A stretch of DNA of 29,877 nt, from the IMG/VR virus record IMGVR_UViG_3300025392_000653, positions 1 through 29,877 of that record. One strand, given 5' to 3'. The stretch's first letter is position 1. Each line of letters opens with the position of its first letter. The translations under genes were made by a program, and so were the position numbers. The notes below the pieces were generated by a model. The model was not told where the DNA came from and searched no databases. It worked only from the letters and a program-made list of their open reading frames with translations. This DNA is from a virus (lineage: Duplodnaviria; Caudoviricetes). Shown here one piece after another: positions 1-8,800 of the stretch.

Positions 1-317
1 TGTACCTCAGGGGCTGCGACCTGTCCGGCGTCACGCTGCCCACGACCATCGGCGGCTCGCTGTACCTCAGGGGCGCAAAAAACCCCGACCCGTCGCAATG
101 GTGGCGCGAAAAAGGCGAGGCCACGCGCCGCCATTGCATCGCGATCTGCCCTGACGATGGATACGCGTTCGTTCAGACCGATACGGATCGGTTCTTTGCC
201 GGTTGCGCCAAGAACTTGACGCGCGCCGATGCGATGGCCCGATGGAACCGCACTGACGCTCGCGCCATGCTGTTTGCCGCCGCGATCAACGCGCATGTGT
301 TGGAGACTGTGGCATGA
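1..317 (+). CDS. Partial (5'-truncated) phage protein with 20-aa LRR-like 'GGSLYLRG' repeats; not in the ORF track
   Basis: The frame starting at nt 3 reads YLRGCDLSGVTLPTTIGGSLYLRGAKNPDPSQWW...FFAGCAKNLTRADAMARW...ETVA* (TGA 315-317). TGTACCTCAGGGGC recurs at 1 and 61 (60-nt period). The stop overlaps the next ATG (ATGA). Confidence 0.8.
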   Translation, partial: YLRGCDLSGVTLPTTIGGSLYLRGAKNPDPSQWWREKGEATRRHCIAICPDDGYAFVQTDTDRFFAGCAKNLTRADAMARWNRTDARAMLFAAAINAHVLETVA

Positions 318-514
318 CCGCAGCCCGCATCCTCGCCCGTCACTATACCCCCATTGGCCTTGCTGGTCGAGGTGGTGGCATGACCCCGCAGATCGCACCG
401 ATTGGCCGCACATATCGCATTAGCAGCGACAGCGCATGGCCGCTTCGTAATTCCAAAGGGCAGACTTTTGCCGAGGCTAAAGCCGAACGCGAAAACAAGG
501 AGAAAAGCAAATGA
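314..514 (+). CDS. Small hypothetical protein (66 aa)
   Basis: ATGA overlaps with both neighbours; no recognisable motif. Confidence 0.6.
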   Translation: MTAARILARHYTPIGLAGRGGGMTPQIAPIGRTYRISSDSAWPLRNSKGQTFAEAKAERENKEKSK

Positions 515-1152
515 GCGCACAGTCCACAGTTAAAGAAAAAACGATTTTTAGCGCGATGGCGGCGGCTTTTGCGGATATTGAAACCGCAATTAAGACTTCA
601 AACAACCCGCATTTCAAATCGAAATATGCCGACTTGACCACCGTAATTGATGCGATCAAGCCAGGACTGGTTAAGCATGACCTATTCTTCATTCAAAAGC
701 CCGAGCCAACCGGCAGTGGAGTGACCATTGAAACGATTGTCGGGCACGCTGGCGGCGAGACGATGAGCCTTGGCGTGTTGTTTGTCCCAGCCAACAAGAA
801 TGATGCACAGGGATTTGGCTCTGCATTGACCTATGCACGCCGCTACGCGCTGGTCACGGCTTTCGGGGTGCCTGTGGAGGATGACGACGGGAACGCCGCT
901 GCAAAAGCGTCCAAGGCGCAACACGAAGCGCCGGCCAATGTCGCCAAGATCACCGAGGATCAGGTCACGTATCTAATTAAAGCGATCCCTGCGGCCAAGA
1001 AAAACTCGCTGAGCTTTTGCCAGTATTTCAAAATCAAGGACGTGACCGAACTTCCCGCAGAGCGTTACGACGAAGCCAAAGACTTGCTCGACAAAGCAAT
1101 GGCCAAGCTGGCGCAGGACGAAAGCAACGCAAAGGCAAAACAACATGCTTGA
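511..1152 (+). CDS. erf: ERF-family single-strand annealing protein (recombinase)
   Basis: NPHFKSKYADL N-terminal motif and the AQGFGSALTYARRYAL...EDDDGN ERF signature; AAGGAG RBS. Confidence 0.93.
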   Translation: MSAQSTVKEKTIFSAMAAAFADIETAIKTSNNPHFKSKYADLTTVIDAIKPGLVKHDLFFIQKPEPTGSGVTIETIVGHAGGETMSLGVLFVPANKNDAQGFGSALTYARRYALVTAFGVPVEDDDGNAAAKASKAQHEAPANVAKITEDQVTYLIKAIPAAKKNSLSFCQYFKIKDVTELPAERYDEAKDLLDKAMAKLAQDESNAKAKQHA

Positions 1153-1771
1153 AGAACAGCGCAGCGACGATTGGTTCGCAAGCCGTGCGGGCAAAGTTAC
1201 CGCCAGCGCGCTTTACAAGGTCATGGCCCGCACCAAGACGGGCTACGGGGCAGACCGGGCAAACTATCATGCCCAGCTTGTCGCGGAACGCCTCACAGGC
1301 AAGCCGCAGGACAGTTTCAGCAACCCGGCAATGCGATGGGGTGTTGAGCAGGAAGACAACGCCAGAGATGCTTATGTGGCGCGCATTGGCGATGATGTTG
1401 TGCAGATTGGTTTTGTCGATCACCCGACCATTGAAATGACTGGCGCATCACCTGACGGTTTGATTGGTTTTGATGGGCTTGTCGAAATTAAATGCCCAAA
1501 CACAGCAACCCACATTGCCACACTGACCGGCGCTGCTATTGATCCAAAATACCTTTTGCAAATGCAGTGGCAAATGGCTTGCACCTCACGCGATTGGTGT
1601 GATTTTGTTTCATACGATCCAAGGTTGCCGGTTGAAATGCAATTGTTTGTGCAGCGCGTTGAACGCGACGACGATATGATTACCAAAGTCAGCAAGGAGG
1701 TTGAGCTATTTTTGAAAGAGGTCAAAGACGTAGTTTTGACTTTGCGCGCTAAATACACAAAGGAAGATTGA
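1145..1771 (+). CDS. YqaJ / lambda-exonuclease-family viral recombination nuclease
   Basis: EQRSDDWFASRAGKVTAS, MRWGVEQE, GASPDGL, VEIKCP, YLLQMQWQM, WCDFVSYDPR motifs; adjacent to erf. Confidence 0.94.
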   Translation: MLEEQRSDDWFASRAGKVTASALYKVMARTKTGYGADRANYHAQLVAERLTGKPQDSFSNPAMRWGVEQEDNARDAYVARIGDDVVQIGFVDHPTIEMTGASPDGLIGFDGLVEIKCPNTATHIATLTGAAIDPKYLLQMQWQMACTSRDWCDFVSYDPRLPVEMQLFVQRVERDDDMITKVSKEVELFLKEVKDVVLTLRAKYTKED

Positions 1772-2139
1772 TGCAAAACATTACAATTTCGGGCAAATTG
1801 GGCAAAGATGCCGAATTGCGCAGCACTCAAAGCGGGGATTCTGTTTGCGGGTTTTCCGTTGCGGTGGATCAACGCTCTGGTCGGGATAAAACGACAAATT
1901 GGTATCGTGTCAGCTTGTGGGGTAAGCGTGGGGAATCGTTGAACCAGTACCTTACAAAAGGCGCGGCTGTTACGGTTACGGGGGAATTTTCAATTGGGGA
2001 ATACGACGGTAAACCTCAATTGAATGTGCGAGCGCACGACATTGCACTTCATGGCAATCGCAATGATGCCCCCCAATCCAGCCCAAAAGCGACGTCAAAT
2101 AAATTCAGCGATGAAGATTCAGACTTTGTTCCTTTCTGA
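1771..2139 (+). CDS. ssb: Single-stranded DNA-binding protein
   Basis: ISGKLGKDAELR, FSVAV, TNWYRVSLWG, YLTKG OB-fold motifs; acidic C-terminal tail DEDSDFVPF; ATG at 1771 overlaps the upstream TGA. Confidence 0.95.
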   Translation: MQNITISGKLGKDAELRSTQSGDSVCGFSVAVDQRSGRDKTTNWYRVSLWGKRGESLNQYLTKGAAVTVTGEFSIGEYDGKPQLNVRAHDIALHGNRNDAPQSSPKATSNKFSDEDSDFVPF

Positions 2140-2147
2140 TCTTGCGT

Positions 2148-2201
2148 GTCACCCACAACGGTGACGGGAACCATGAGCCGGGCATGGGCAAGAAACCCGG
2201 C
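2148..2201 (+). other. Structured intergenic element: hairpin followed by an H-type pseudoknot
   Basis: GTCACC(2148-53)/GGTGAC(2160-65) hairpin. CCATG(2171-75) pairs with CATGG(2183-87) and GCCGGG(2177-82) pairs with CCCGGC(2196-2201), interleaved. Confidence 0.5.
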
Positions 2202-2270
2202 AAAAAAACCTTGCGTTTGTCGGATTGTCCTATAAAAAGGCGCACAGGGGATTACCCCGCCGACAGGAGA
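2202..2270 (+). promoter_or_regulatory. Putative sigma70-type promoter with an operator-like inverted repeat, leader hairpin and RBS
   Basis: A-tract 2202-08, TTGCGT 2211-16, TATAAA/TAAAAA 2231-38, imperfect IR TGTCGGA-ttg-TCCTATA 2218-34, GGGG-ATTA-CCCC 2247-58, AGGAG 2265-69. Confidence 0.5.
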
Positions 2271-2277
2271 ACGTGAG

Positions 2278-2478
2278 ATGACTTTTCAATCTAAAATTGA
2301 CCGCGAAAATGCAAAGGACACTGTTTTCGGGAGCATGATGCCAAACGTGCGTGCAATCGAACGTTGCATAAATCGCGGAATGACCGCTGCTAAAGCAATC
2401 GATTATGTTTGCGGCGCCGGTTCTTATGCCAAGTTCGCAAGGGAAGTTTATAACAACATTCGGGCGCGTTCAGCATGA
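2278..2478 (+). CDS. Small hypothetical protein (66 aa), candidate anti-defence protein
   Basis: Strong RBS; ATGA-coupled to the downstream HTH gene; function inferred from context only. Confidence 0.7.
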   Translation: MTFQSKIDRENAKDTVFGSMMPNVRAIERCINRGMTAAKAIDYVCGAGSYAKFAREVYNNIRARSA

Positions 2479-2717
2479 CTTCCAATGATTTTCGCGCCCT
2501 GCGCAAGTCTATGGGCATGACACAACACACGCTGGCCGGGGCTTTACTCATGGGTAAATCAGGATGGCAATCAATTAGCGATTGGGAAACCGGAAAACGC
2601 GCAATACCCGGTCCCGTTCAAATTGCTGTTAATCATTTGGCAAATTGCAAACCCGAGCAGATCGGGCGCGTGACTGTCGCGCATTTGCCATTGCTGGAGA
2701 ACGCAGATGACCGTTAA
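2475..2717 (+). CDS. XRE/Cro-type helix-turn-helix protein (Aca-like)
   Basis: FRALRKSMGMTQHTLAGAL...SISDWETGKRAIP is a classic XRE HTH pattern. Confidence 0.88.
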   Translation: MTSNDFRALRKSMGMTQHTLAGALLMGKSGWQSISDWETGKRAIPGPVQIAVNHLANCKPEQIGRVTVAHLPLLENADDR

Positions 2718-3018
2718 TCTTGAGAAACACGCAGAGGCGATTTTGCGGCCTGTTGGCTTGTCCCTAGACGAACTGCGATACACGAGCGACCGCGCCGCCA
2801 CCCTCGCCGCCTGCCAAGCGCTGGCAGATGATGCGCGGAAGGAGGGGTTTGAGGCTGGGGCGCTGGCAATGCGGGAGGCGGCCACAGAGCAGGCAGTCCC
2901 GAGCACGGCAGAGAACCCGAACGAAAGTGCATACGAGCGCGGCAGGTTTGACGGCATTTTGCAATATGGTCTGGCCATCCGCGCAATCGATCCCGCCAGC
3001 CTGAGAGGGGAGAAGTGA
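2707..3018 (+). CDS. Hypothetical phage early protein
   Basis: GGAG RBS, overlapping starts and stops; AIRAID C-terminal motif of the kind common in phage early proteins. Confidence 0.75.
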   Translation: MTVNLEKHAEAILRPVGLSLDELRYTSDRAATLAACQALADDARKEGFEAGALAMREAATEQAVPSTAENPNESAYERGRFDGILQYGLAIRAIDPASLRGEK

Positions 3019-3734
3019 TGACCCAGGAACCCATGACCCCCACCACCGAAGCGCCCGACCTCGTGGAGCGGGTGGCGCGGGAAATATGTATTTCTTACAG
3101 CTGTGATCCGGACGTATTTCTGAAAAGTTTAGGTTTTTGCCGATGGGAGCTTTATCGGTTCCAAGCTCTCGCCGCCATTGCCGCAATGCCGCCACAGGCA
3201 CCCGACATGACCGACCTTGATCGCGAAGCAATGGCGGCGGGTTACATTCTATATTCCGGCAAACGCGTCCATGCGAGCGACTGCGCTACTTCATGCGCAC
3301 CCGCCATGAAACCTGGACCGTGCGATTGTGATACTGTCGATCCCGCCCCTAGTCTCGTGTCGGATGAATTGAAGCCATGTCCGTTTTGTGGGAGCGCCGG
3401 CATGTGGGTGCGCGAAAAGTCCAGCTTCGGCATGGGGTGCAAAGTGCAATGCTCAAATGAGGATTGCGCGGTTGAACGCGGCTGCTGGTATGGCGATGAT
3501 GGTCATGGGCGTACTCGCGCCGCCGAAGTATGGAACACGCGGACCGATCCCAGCGCCGAGGCGATTGCTTTGCTGGTGGAGGTGTTGAAGGCTTGCCGCG
3601 ATCAATTCCGATTCTATGCCAACGAGCATTTCAGCGCAGGCAAATTGGAAAAGGCCGCAACCAACCAGACGTTTGCCGATCTTGCTGACAAAGCAATGGG
3701 CTATCCTGACGGAGCCCGAAAGGACCGGACATGA
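3015..3734 (+). CDS. Mosaic protein containing a Lar (restriction alleviation)-like zinc finger
   Basis: ELKPCPFCG...VQCSNEDC...AAEVWNTR Lar-like motif, plus an additional HASDC...GPCDC motif. Confidence 0.8.
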   Translation: MMTQEPMTPTTEAPDLVERVAREICISYSCDPDVFLKSLGFCRWELYRFQALAAIAAMPPQAPDMTDLDREAMAAGYILYSGKRVHASDCATSCAPAMKPGPCDCDTVDPAPSLVSDELKPCPFCGSAGMWVREKSSFGMGCKVQCSNEDCAVERGCWYGDDGHGRTRAAEVWNTRTDPSAEAIALLVEVLKACRDQFRFYANEHFSAGKLEKAATNQTFADLADKAMGYPDGARKDRT

Positions 3735-4180
3735 CCGAACAACCGACAGAGCAGATCAAGATAACCGAGGCGCAGTCTAAATCCCTGCATAATGCGCTGA
3801 TCGACTCGTTCGATTCGTTTGCCCCGCCGATGCCAATGCAGGATAATCTTGTCGTGCGGGTGGCGCGGGCGATTTGTTGTGCGCGCGCTCAATGCCAAGG
3901 CTGCAAAGGATCAGGCGAAGGCGGGTGCTTTGATTTTTTCCTATGGGATGCCGAAGCCCGAGCAGCCATCGCAATCATGCAGCAAGACCTCGCAGCGCGG
4001 GATGCGGAGATTGCGGCACTGAAAACGCTTGCCGCCGCCCACCGCAAACTAGGCGCGCGTGAGGCTATTGCTGGCGTGGTGGCTTGGTTGAAAGGGCAAT
4101 ATGGAGACGTTGGCGACACACTTGCCGACCGGATTGAACGCGGCGAACACCTAGCCGCAACCGAGAAAGGGGAAGGGTGA
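3731..4180 (+). CDS. Hypothetical phage early protein with a Cys-rich insert
   Basis: AAGGA RBS and ATGA overlap; LVVRVARAIC...ARAAIAIM module shared with the upstream gene. Confidence 0.75.
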   Translation: MTEQPTEQIKITEAQSKSLHNALIDSFDSFAPPMPMQDNLVVRVARAICCARAQCQGCKGSGEGGCFDFFLWDAEARAAIAIMQQDLAARDAEIAALKTLAAAHRKLGAREAIAGVVAWLKGQYGDVGDTLADRIERGEHLAATEKGEG

Positions 4181-4254
4181 TGGGAAACTGGTTCTATGTC
4201 GCCGGTAGTCTGTGTTTCCTGACCGGCACGATCATTAACATGCTGTCTCGCTAA
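4180..4254 (+). CDS. 24-aa hydrophobic mini-protein (not in ORF track)
   Basis: MGNWFYVAGSLCFLTGTIINMLSR*; TGATG coupling and purine-rich RBS; one predicted TM helix. Confidence 0.55.
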   Translation: MGNWFYVAGSLCFLTGTIINMLSR

Positions 4255-4421
4255 ACCCGCCCCGACACCGCCCGCACGACCTGATCCAGCGCCATCATGG
4301 CCACGACCTCCCGCACGCTTTCCCCGCGCTCTATGCGCTCTGCGGCAAGGCGTAGGATTACGCAAAAGGCGGCTGCGTGTTCGGGCGGTTCATATGAACG
4401 ATTTGGCGCGGTTTCGTTCAC
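4251..4421 (-). CDS. 56-aa hypothetical protein (not in ORF track)
   Basis: GTG start overlapping the phosphoesterase stop (GTGA); MNETAPNRSYEPPEHAAAFCVILRLAAERIERGESVREVVAMMALDQVVRAVSGRV*. Confidence 0.55.
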   Translation of the reverse strand: MNETAPNRSYEPPEHAAAFCVILRLAAERIERGESVREVVAMMALDQVVRAVSGRV

Positions 4422-5395
4422 GCGGCGACAATCTCACCACGGAACCACGCCTTTCCGTTTTTTACTTCGCACAATTCTGGGTAAAGCAATTCACCGTCAC
4501 GGAATGTCAAAACAGCAAATCCCGGACATGCAGACGATGGCCCATTCTCGTTATATTCCGTCTGTGGCCCGTCTAAGTCAATCAGGCAACCAGTCTGGAC
4601 CCCGTAACGCCTTCCCCTGTAATCCCCATAGGGTTTGACTTCCAAACAATGCGTATGGCCAGTGAAAATGTGAATTCCGCCTTTCATTGCCCCGTTATAT
4701 GCCGCGTGGATTCCATTAGCGAAACGGTGCTTAATCATCGTCGGAATTTTTGCATCTGGGTTGACCATTGTAGACCATTGCAGATCCCATGCAGGAAAAT
4801 GGTCAGCCAAGCGCATACCAGTCAGGTTGGCAAACTCCGGCACCTTTGCGCAAAGCGTGCGCTCCCACCTTACGTCATGGTTGCCAATATTCCATTCAAG
4901 GCGGCATCCATTCGGCACAGCTTGCTCAATTTCTCCCAGACGCTCTTGGCAGGCGTGCATTTCATCTACGGGGCCGGGACATTTGCTCCAACCAAACGGA
5001 TCATGACGTGAGACAGAGCCGCCGTCAAAGACATCGCCATTGGCAAAGACCGCGCGTGGCTTAGTTGCACGAATCACCTCAATAAGCGCGCGATGCGCCA
5101 CCGTAGGTTTCCCCGGCCAGTAGTGGGCATCGGAGAATACCACGGCTGTTCCAGTGAAGATTTCTATCCGCTTTTCGCGCAGGAACGTCCAACCATCTGC
5201 CGCGTACTCAGATGGAACGCGCGTTTCATAACCCACCGCTGGGACCGTTTTCAACTCAATCCCCTGTTTATGCAGCCGCTGTCGCCGCTGCTGTACGTTA
5301 CGCACATTGAGGCCAAGGGCATCTGCGACCAATTGTGCATTCCCAAGCCGATTCCACAGCGCAATAAACTCGCTTCGATCCACCTTATTGGACAT
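4418..5395 (-). CDS. Calcineurin-like metallophosphoesterase with an N-terminal HTH-like segment
   Basis: SDAH, NGDVFD, GNHD, KH and GHTH metal-binding motifs; start moved to MSNKVD (AAGGA RBS). Confidence 0.9.
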   Translation of the reverse strand: MSNKVDRSEFIALWNRLGNAQLVADALGLNVRNVQQRRQRLHKQGIELKTVPAVGYETRVPSEYAADGWTFLREKRIEIFTGTAVVFSDAHYWPGKPTVAHRALIEVIRATKPRAVFANGDVFDGGSVSRHDPFGWSKCPGPVDEMHACQERLGEIEQAVPNGCRLEWNIGNHDVRWERTLCAKVPEFANLTGMRLADHFPAWDLQWSTMVNPDAKIPTMIKHRFANGIHAAYNGAMKGGIHIFTGHTHCLEVKPYGDYRGRRYGVQTGCLIDLDGPQTEYNENGPSSACPGFAVLTFRDGELLYPELCEVKNGKAWFRGEIVAA

Positions 5396-5550
5396 CAAAT
5401 ATTCCTTGCGGCAGTTAATGGGTGCGGTTAGGAATGCCCTTGCGACTGAAGCCAATCTATCGCGCGGGACCCCCAGCCTTCACCGGTTGGGGGTTTCGTT
5501 TATCCGGTCATGCGATTGACCATTGTTCTGTTGGCATGGATGGAAGTATT

Positions 5551-5865
5551 CTATTTCCAAGGGGGCTGCAATGTCACCACCGGAGGCGAAATCTTGTCAG
5601 CAATAATCTGGTCAAGCTGCAATTCTATGGCAGAAACACCATCATCGGTTAGATTATTTTTGACCCAAACCAACACCGTATCTTGAGTTAGCTGCGTATA
5701 GGGTATCAATTCCTCACTCGGATCAAGCTGAATCCCTACAGCATTGCTATACGCAGATGTATGCGTTCCATCCGTAGCAGATACAGTGAAAAAAGCTGTG
5801 ACAACCTGCTGGTTTTCCGGCAGGCAAATCATTTTATCTACAGTCCAGTTGTATGCGTTTGTCAT
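5551..5865 (-). CDS. Conserved phage protein typically found after fibre genes (possible fibre chaperone)
   Basis: [12 protein letters not shown]...IPYTQLTQDTVLVWVK...PPW pattern; TAATG coupling to the 1016-aa fibre gene. Confidence 0.75.
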   Translation of the reverse strand: MTNAYNWTVDKMICLPENQQVVTAFFTVSATDGTHTSAYSNAVGIQLDPSEELIPYTQLTQDTVLVWVKNNLTDDGVSAIELQLDQIIADKISPPVVTLQPPWK

Positions 5866-8800
5866 TATCCTGCCACCCATGCTGTACCATTATCAAATAC
5901 CGGGCACTTGATCGTTCCGCCACCTGTGAGCGTACCAAGGAACGTCGGGGCCAATGCGTCAGTGACGTGCGCCCGACGCCCAACAGTTCCCGCCGTGGGA
6001 AGCGTGGCGACCGTGTACCCTTGGCTCTGAAATGTGCCGGTAAAAACTGACGAGCCATTGAGCGTTGTCGTACTGGTACCGGCAGTAGCGCCAATGGCAA
6101 TTACAGTAGTCGAACCGGAAAGGCCATTGACACCAATATTGACGGTTTTGGTATTGCCGGATGTAGTAGCACCCGCAGAGTAGCCGTCAGTGTGGGTAGT
6201 GGTAGTGGTAGCAATATTCGCTGTAGAAGTTTGAATTGAAGACGAGAAAAAGCTATCGGCGCCAAGTGCGAATTTTGCAGAAGCAGTTACGTTTGCGCCT
6301 GCGATTGGGTTAATAAAGTACGTGCCGTATAGACTGCTAACCGTGACACCAGTATTCGTGGCCGCATAGGTCTGTGCCCCAAACACATTCATGTAGGCGG
6401 TAGGGACCGTGCCGGATGCAGCAGTGCTGTTGTCCGTGAAGGTCGCGGCGGACTGGACCAAGCCCACGCCATTAGTCCCCCACGCCGCGACGCTGGCCCC
6501 GACCGGGTTCATGACATGCTGACCGTAAATGGTCACGGTGGAGAGCGCGCCAGATACGTTGGAGCCAATGGCAATTGTAGTGGTTGAACCGGAAAGGCCA
6601 GCGGTGCCGATATTGACGGTTTTGGTGTTGCCGGACGTGGTAGCACCGCCAGAAAGGCTCAGAATATTAGTGGCAGTTGACGGTACAATGGTGGTGGTTG
6701 CAGTTTGACCCGTGCCGCCGATTGTGATGGTTCTAGTATTGCCCCCAGAAAGGGTAAATGCGCCACCAAAGTTAATATTCATCGCACCGGAACTGGTGTT
6801 TCCGATGGTTATTGGTACACTCGTGGTGTTCCCGATATTCAGGGCGGTAGAGGTTGCATTTAGGGTAACACCACTATTAAAATTTAGTGTGCCATTTGCG
6901 TTTGTTAGCTGAAGAAGGCTTGACGTCCCACTAGATACAAAAAATGCCCCATTGATAATCGCACTATCTGCGCCAATGGCGTATGTATTGGTTGCGGATA
7001 CATTGGTTCCGGCAACGGGTGCTGAAAAATAAGAACCGTAAAAGTTGTTAATTGTTGAAGTATTTACCGCAGCATAAGTTTGCGGTGCAAAATAATTCAT
7101 GTAGGCGTTGGCAAGAACACTACCGAGGGCGGTAGTGTCCGTGAAGGTAGCGGCTGACTGGATCAAGTTGATACCGTTGGTGCCCCACACCGGGTAGCTG
7201 TTCGACGTACCCGCCGAGAATGTAACGGGGCCAGCATTGGTAAATAGGCGAGTAGTGCTGTTGAATGTGTGGCTGCTACTTTCCGACAAGACCGAGCCGG
7301 TATCAAACATGATCTGGCCAGCCGCGCCGCCGCTGGTCGCGGTCGTGCCCACAGTGAGGGTGCTGCTGCCGCCGGTGGAGGAGATCGTGATACCGCCCGC
7401 CGAGTTGGCGATGGTGATGTTGCTGCCAGCCGTCAGTGTGGCGGAGGTATAGCCCGATCCGTTGCCAATCAGCAGTGCGCCGTTCGCGGGGGTAGTGGTG
7501 ACGCCGGTACCGCCGTAAGCAACGCCAATGGCCGTCCCATTCCACGTCGCGCTGGTGATCGCGGCGGAACCGAGATTGAATGTGTTGGTGGACCAACTGA
7601 CGCTAGATGGGGCGGAGTAGTGAGTGTCCCACGACCCCGCCGCAATTGAATTGGCAAGCAGGATGACAGTGGCGAAGCCGCCCGACTGCACAGTCGTGAT
7701 TGTCGTCCCCGAAGCGTTCTGGACGACAATCGTGCCGCTGCTCTGGTTATTGTTAAAGGAGTAGGAAACGCCATTGCTGAGCGTCGTAGCGTCGGGCAAC
7801 TTGATCGTCTGGCCGCCCGACCCGGTGACAAGGTACTGCGCGCCAGACGCGGCAGTCAGAATGACGGTGGATCCCGAGGCGGCTATCGACTGGAATCCGT
7901 CGTAAACGAGGTTGGCGGTGATGTTTCCATTCGCGTCTCGCAGGACGACGGAGTTCACACCCGTGGATGACGTTACGCCGGTCCCGCCATTGGCCACGCC
8001 GAGGGTTCCGGTGACGCCTGTGGTCAAAGGCAGCCCAGTTGCATTGGTCAATACCGCCGACGATGGGGTGCCTAGAGCGGGAGTAACCAGCGTGGGGCTA
8101 CTTGCAAGTGCAACCACCGTTCCAGTTCCCGTTGTGGTGTAGCTAGTTCCCCAGCCAGAGCCGGTAGAATTTGCAATTCCCGTTGCGGGGTAAACAGTTG
8201 GACCCTGCGTCCCCGTAGGTCCGGTGGGTCCGGTGTTCCCTTGCGTCCCCGTGGGACCGGTAGGACCGGTGCTGCCCTGCGTCCCCGTGGGACCGGTAGG
8301 CCCGGTGTTGCCTTGCGTCCCCGTGGGACCGGTGGGTCCGGTGTTACCTTGCGCACCAGTAGGGCCAGTCGGGCCAACATTTCCTTGCGCGCCAGTGGGA
8401 CCGGTAGGCCCAGTATTGCCCTGTGCGCCAGTGGGACCGGTGGGGCCAGTAATTCCGTTAGCGCCGGTGGGGCCGGTAGGGCCGGTCTGGCCAGTATTGC
8501 CGGTGGGGCCGGTAGGGCCAGTGGCTCCAACGTTTCCCATTTGTCCAGTAGGGCCGGTGGGGCCAGTTATGCCCTGAGCACCCGTTGCGCCCGTTGGTCC
8601 TGTTACGCCCACATTACCTTGCGCGCCAGTAGGACCAGTGGGGCCAGCAACAGTTGATGCGCTTCCAGTCGGGCCAGTGGGGCCAGTCGGGCCAGTTGAG
8701 ACCGTTGCTGAAATTGTAATGCTTCCCGGAGCATTTGCTATTGAAATGTTTGATCCGGACGTAATTGTAGAAAGTTGAAATCCAAAACCGTTTCCAATCA

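Noticed and set aside
5465-5525. CGAAAC next to hairpins suggesting a hammerhead ribozyme
   Set aside because: The CUGANGA core is absent
6090-7190. Paired ~80-220-nt repeats in a fibre gene suggesting a diversity-generating retroelement (TR/VR)
   Set aside because: Differences are mostly synonymous and not adenine-specific, both copies are in-frame coding, and no reverse transcriptase is in the window
8205-8350. 36-nt periodic repeat resembling a CRISPR array
   Set aside because: The units are contiguous with no unique spacers, vary at wobble positions and encode in-frame collagen; no cas genes are present
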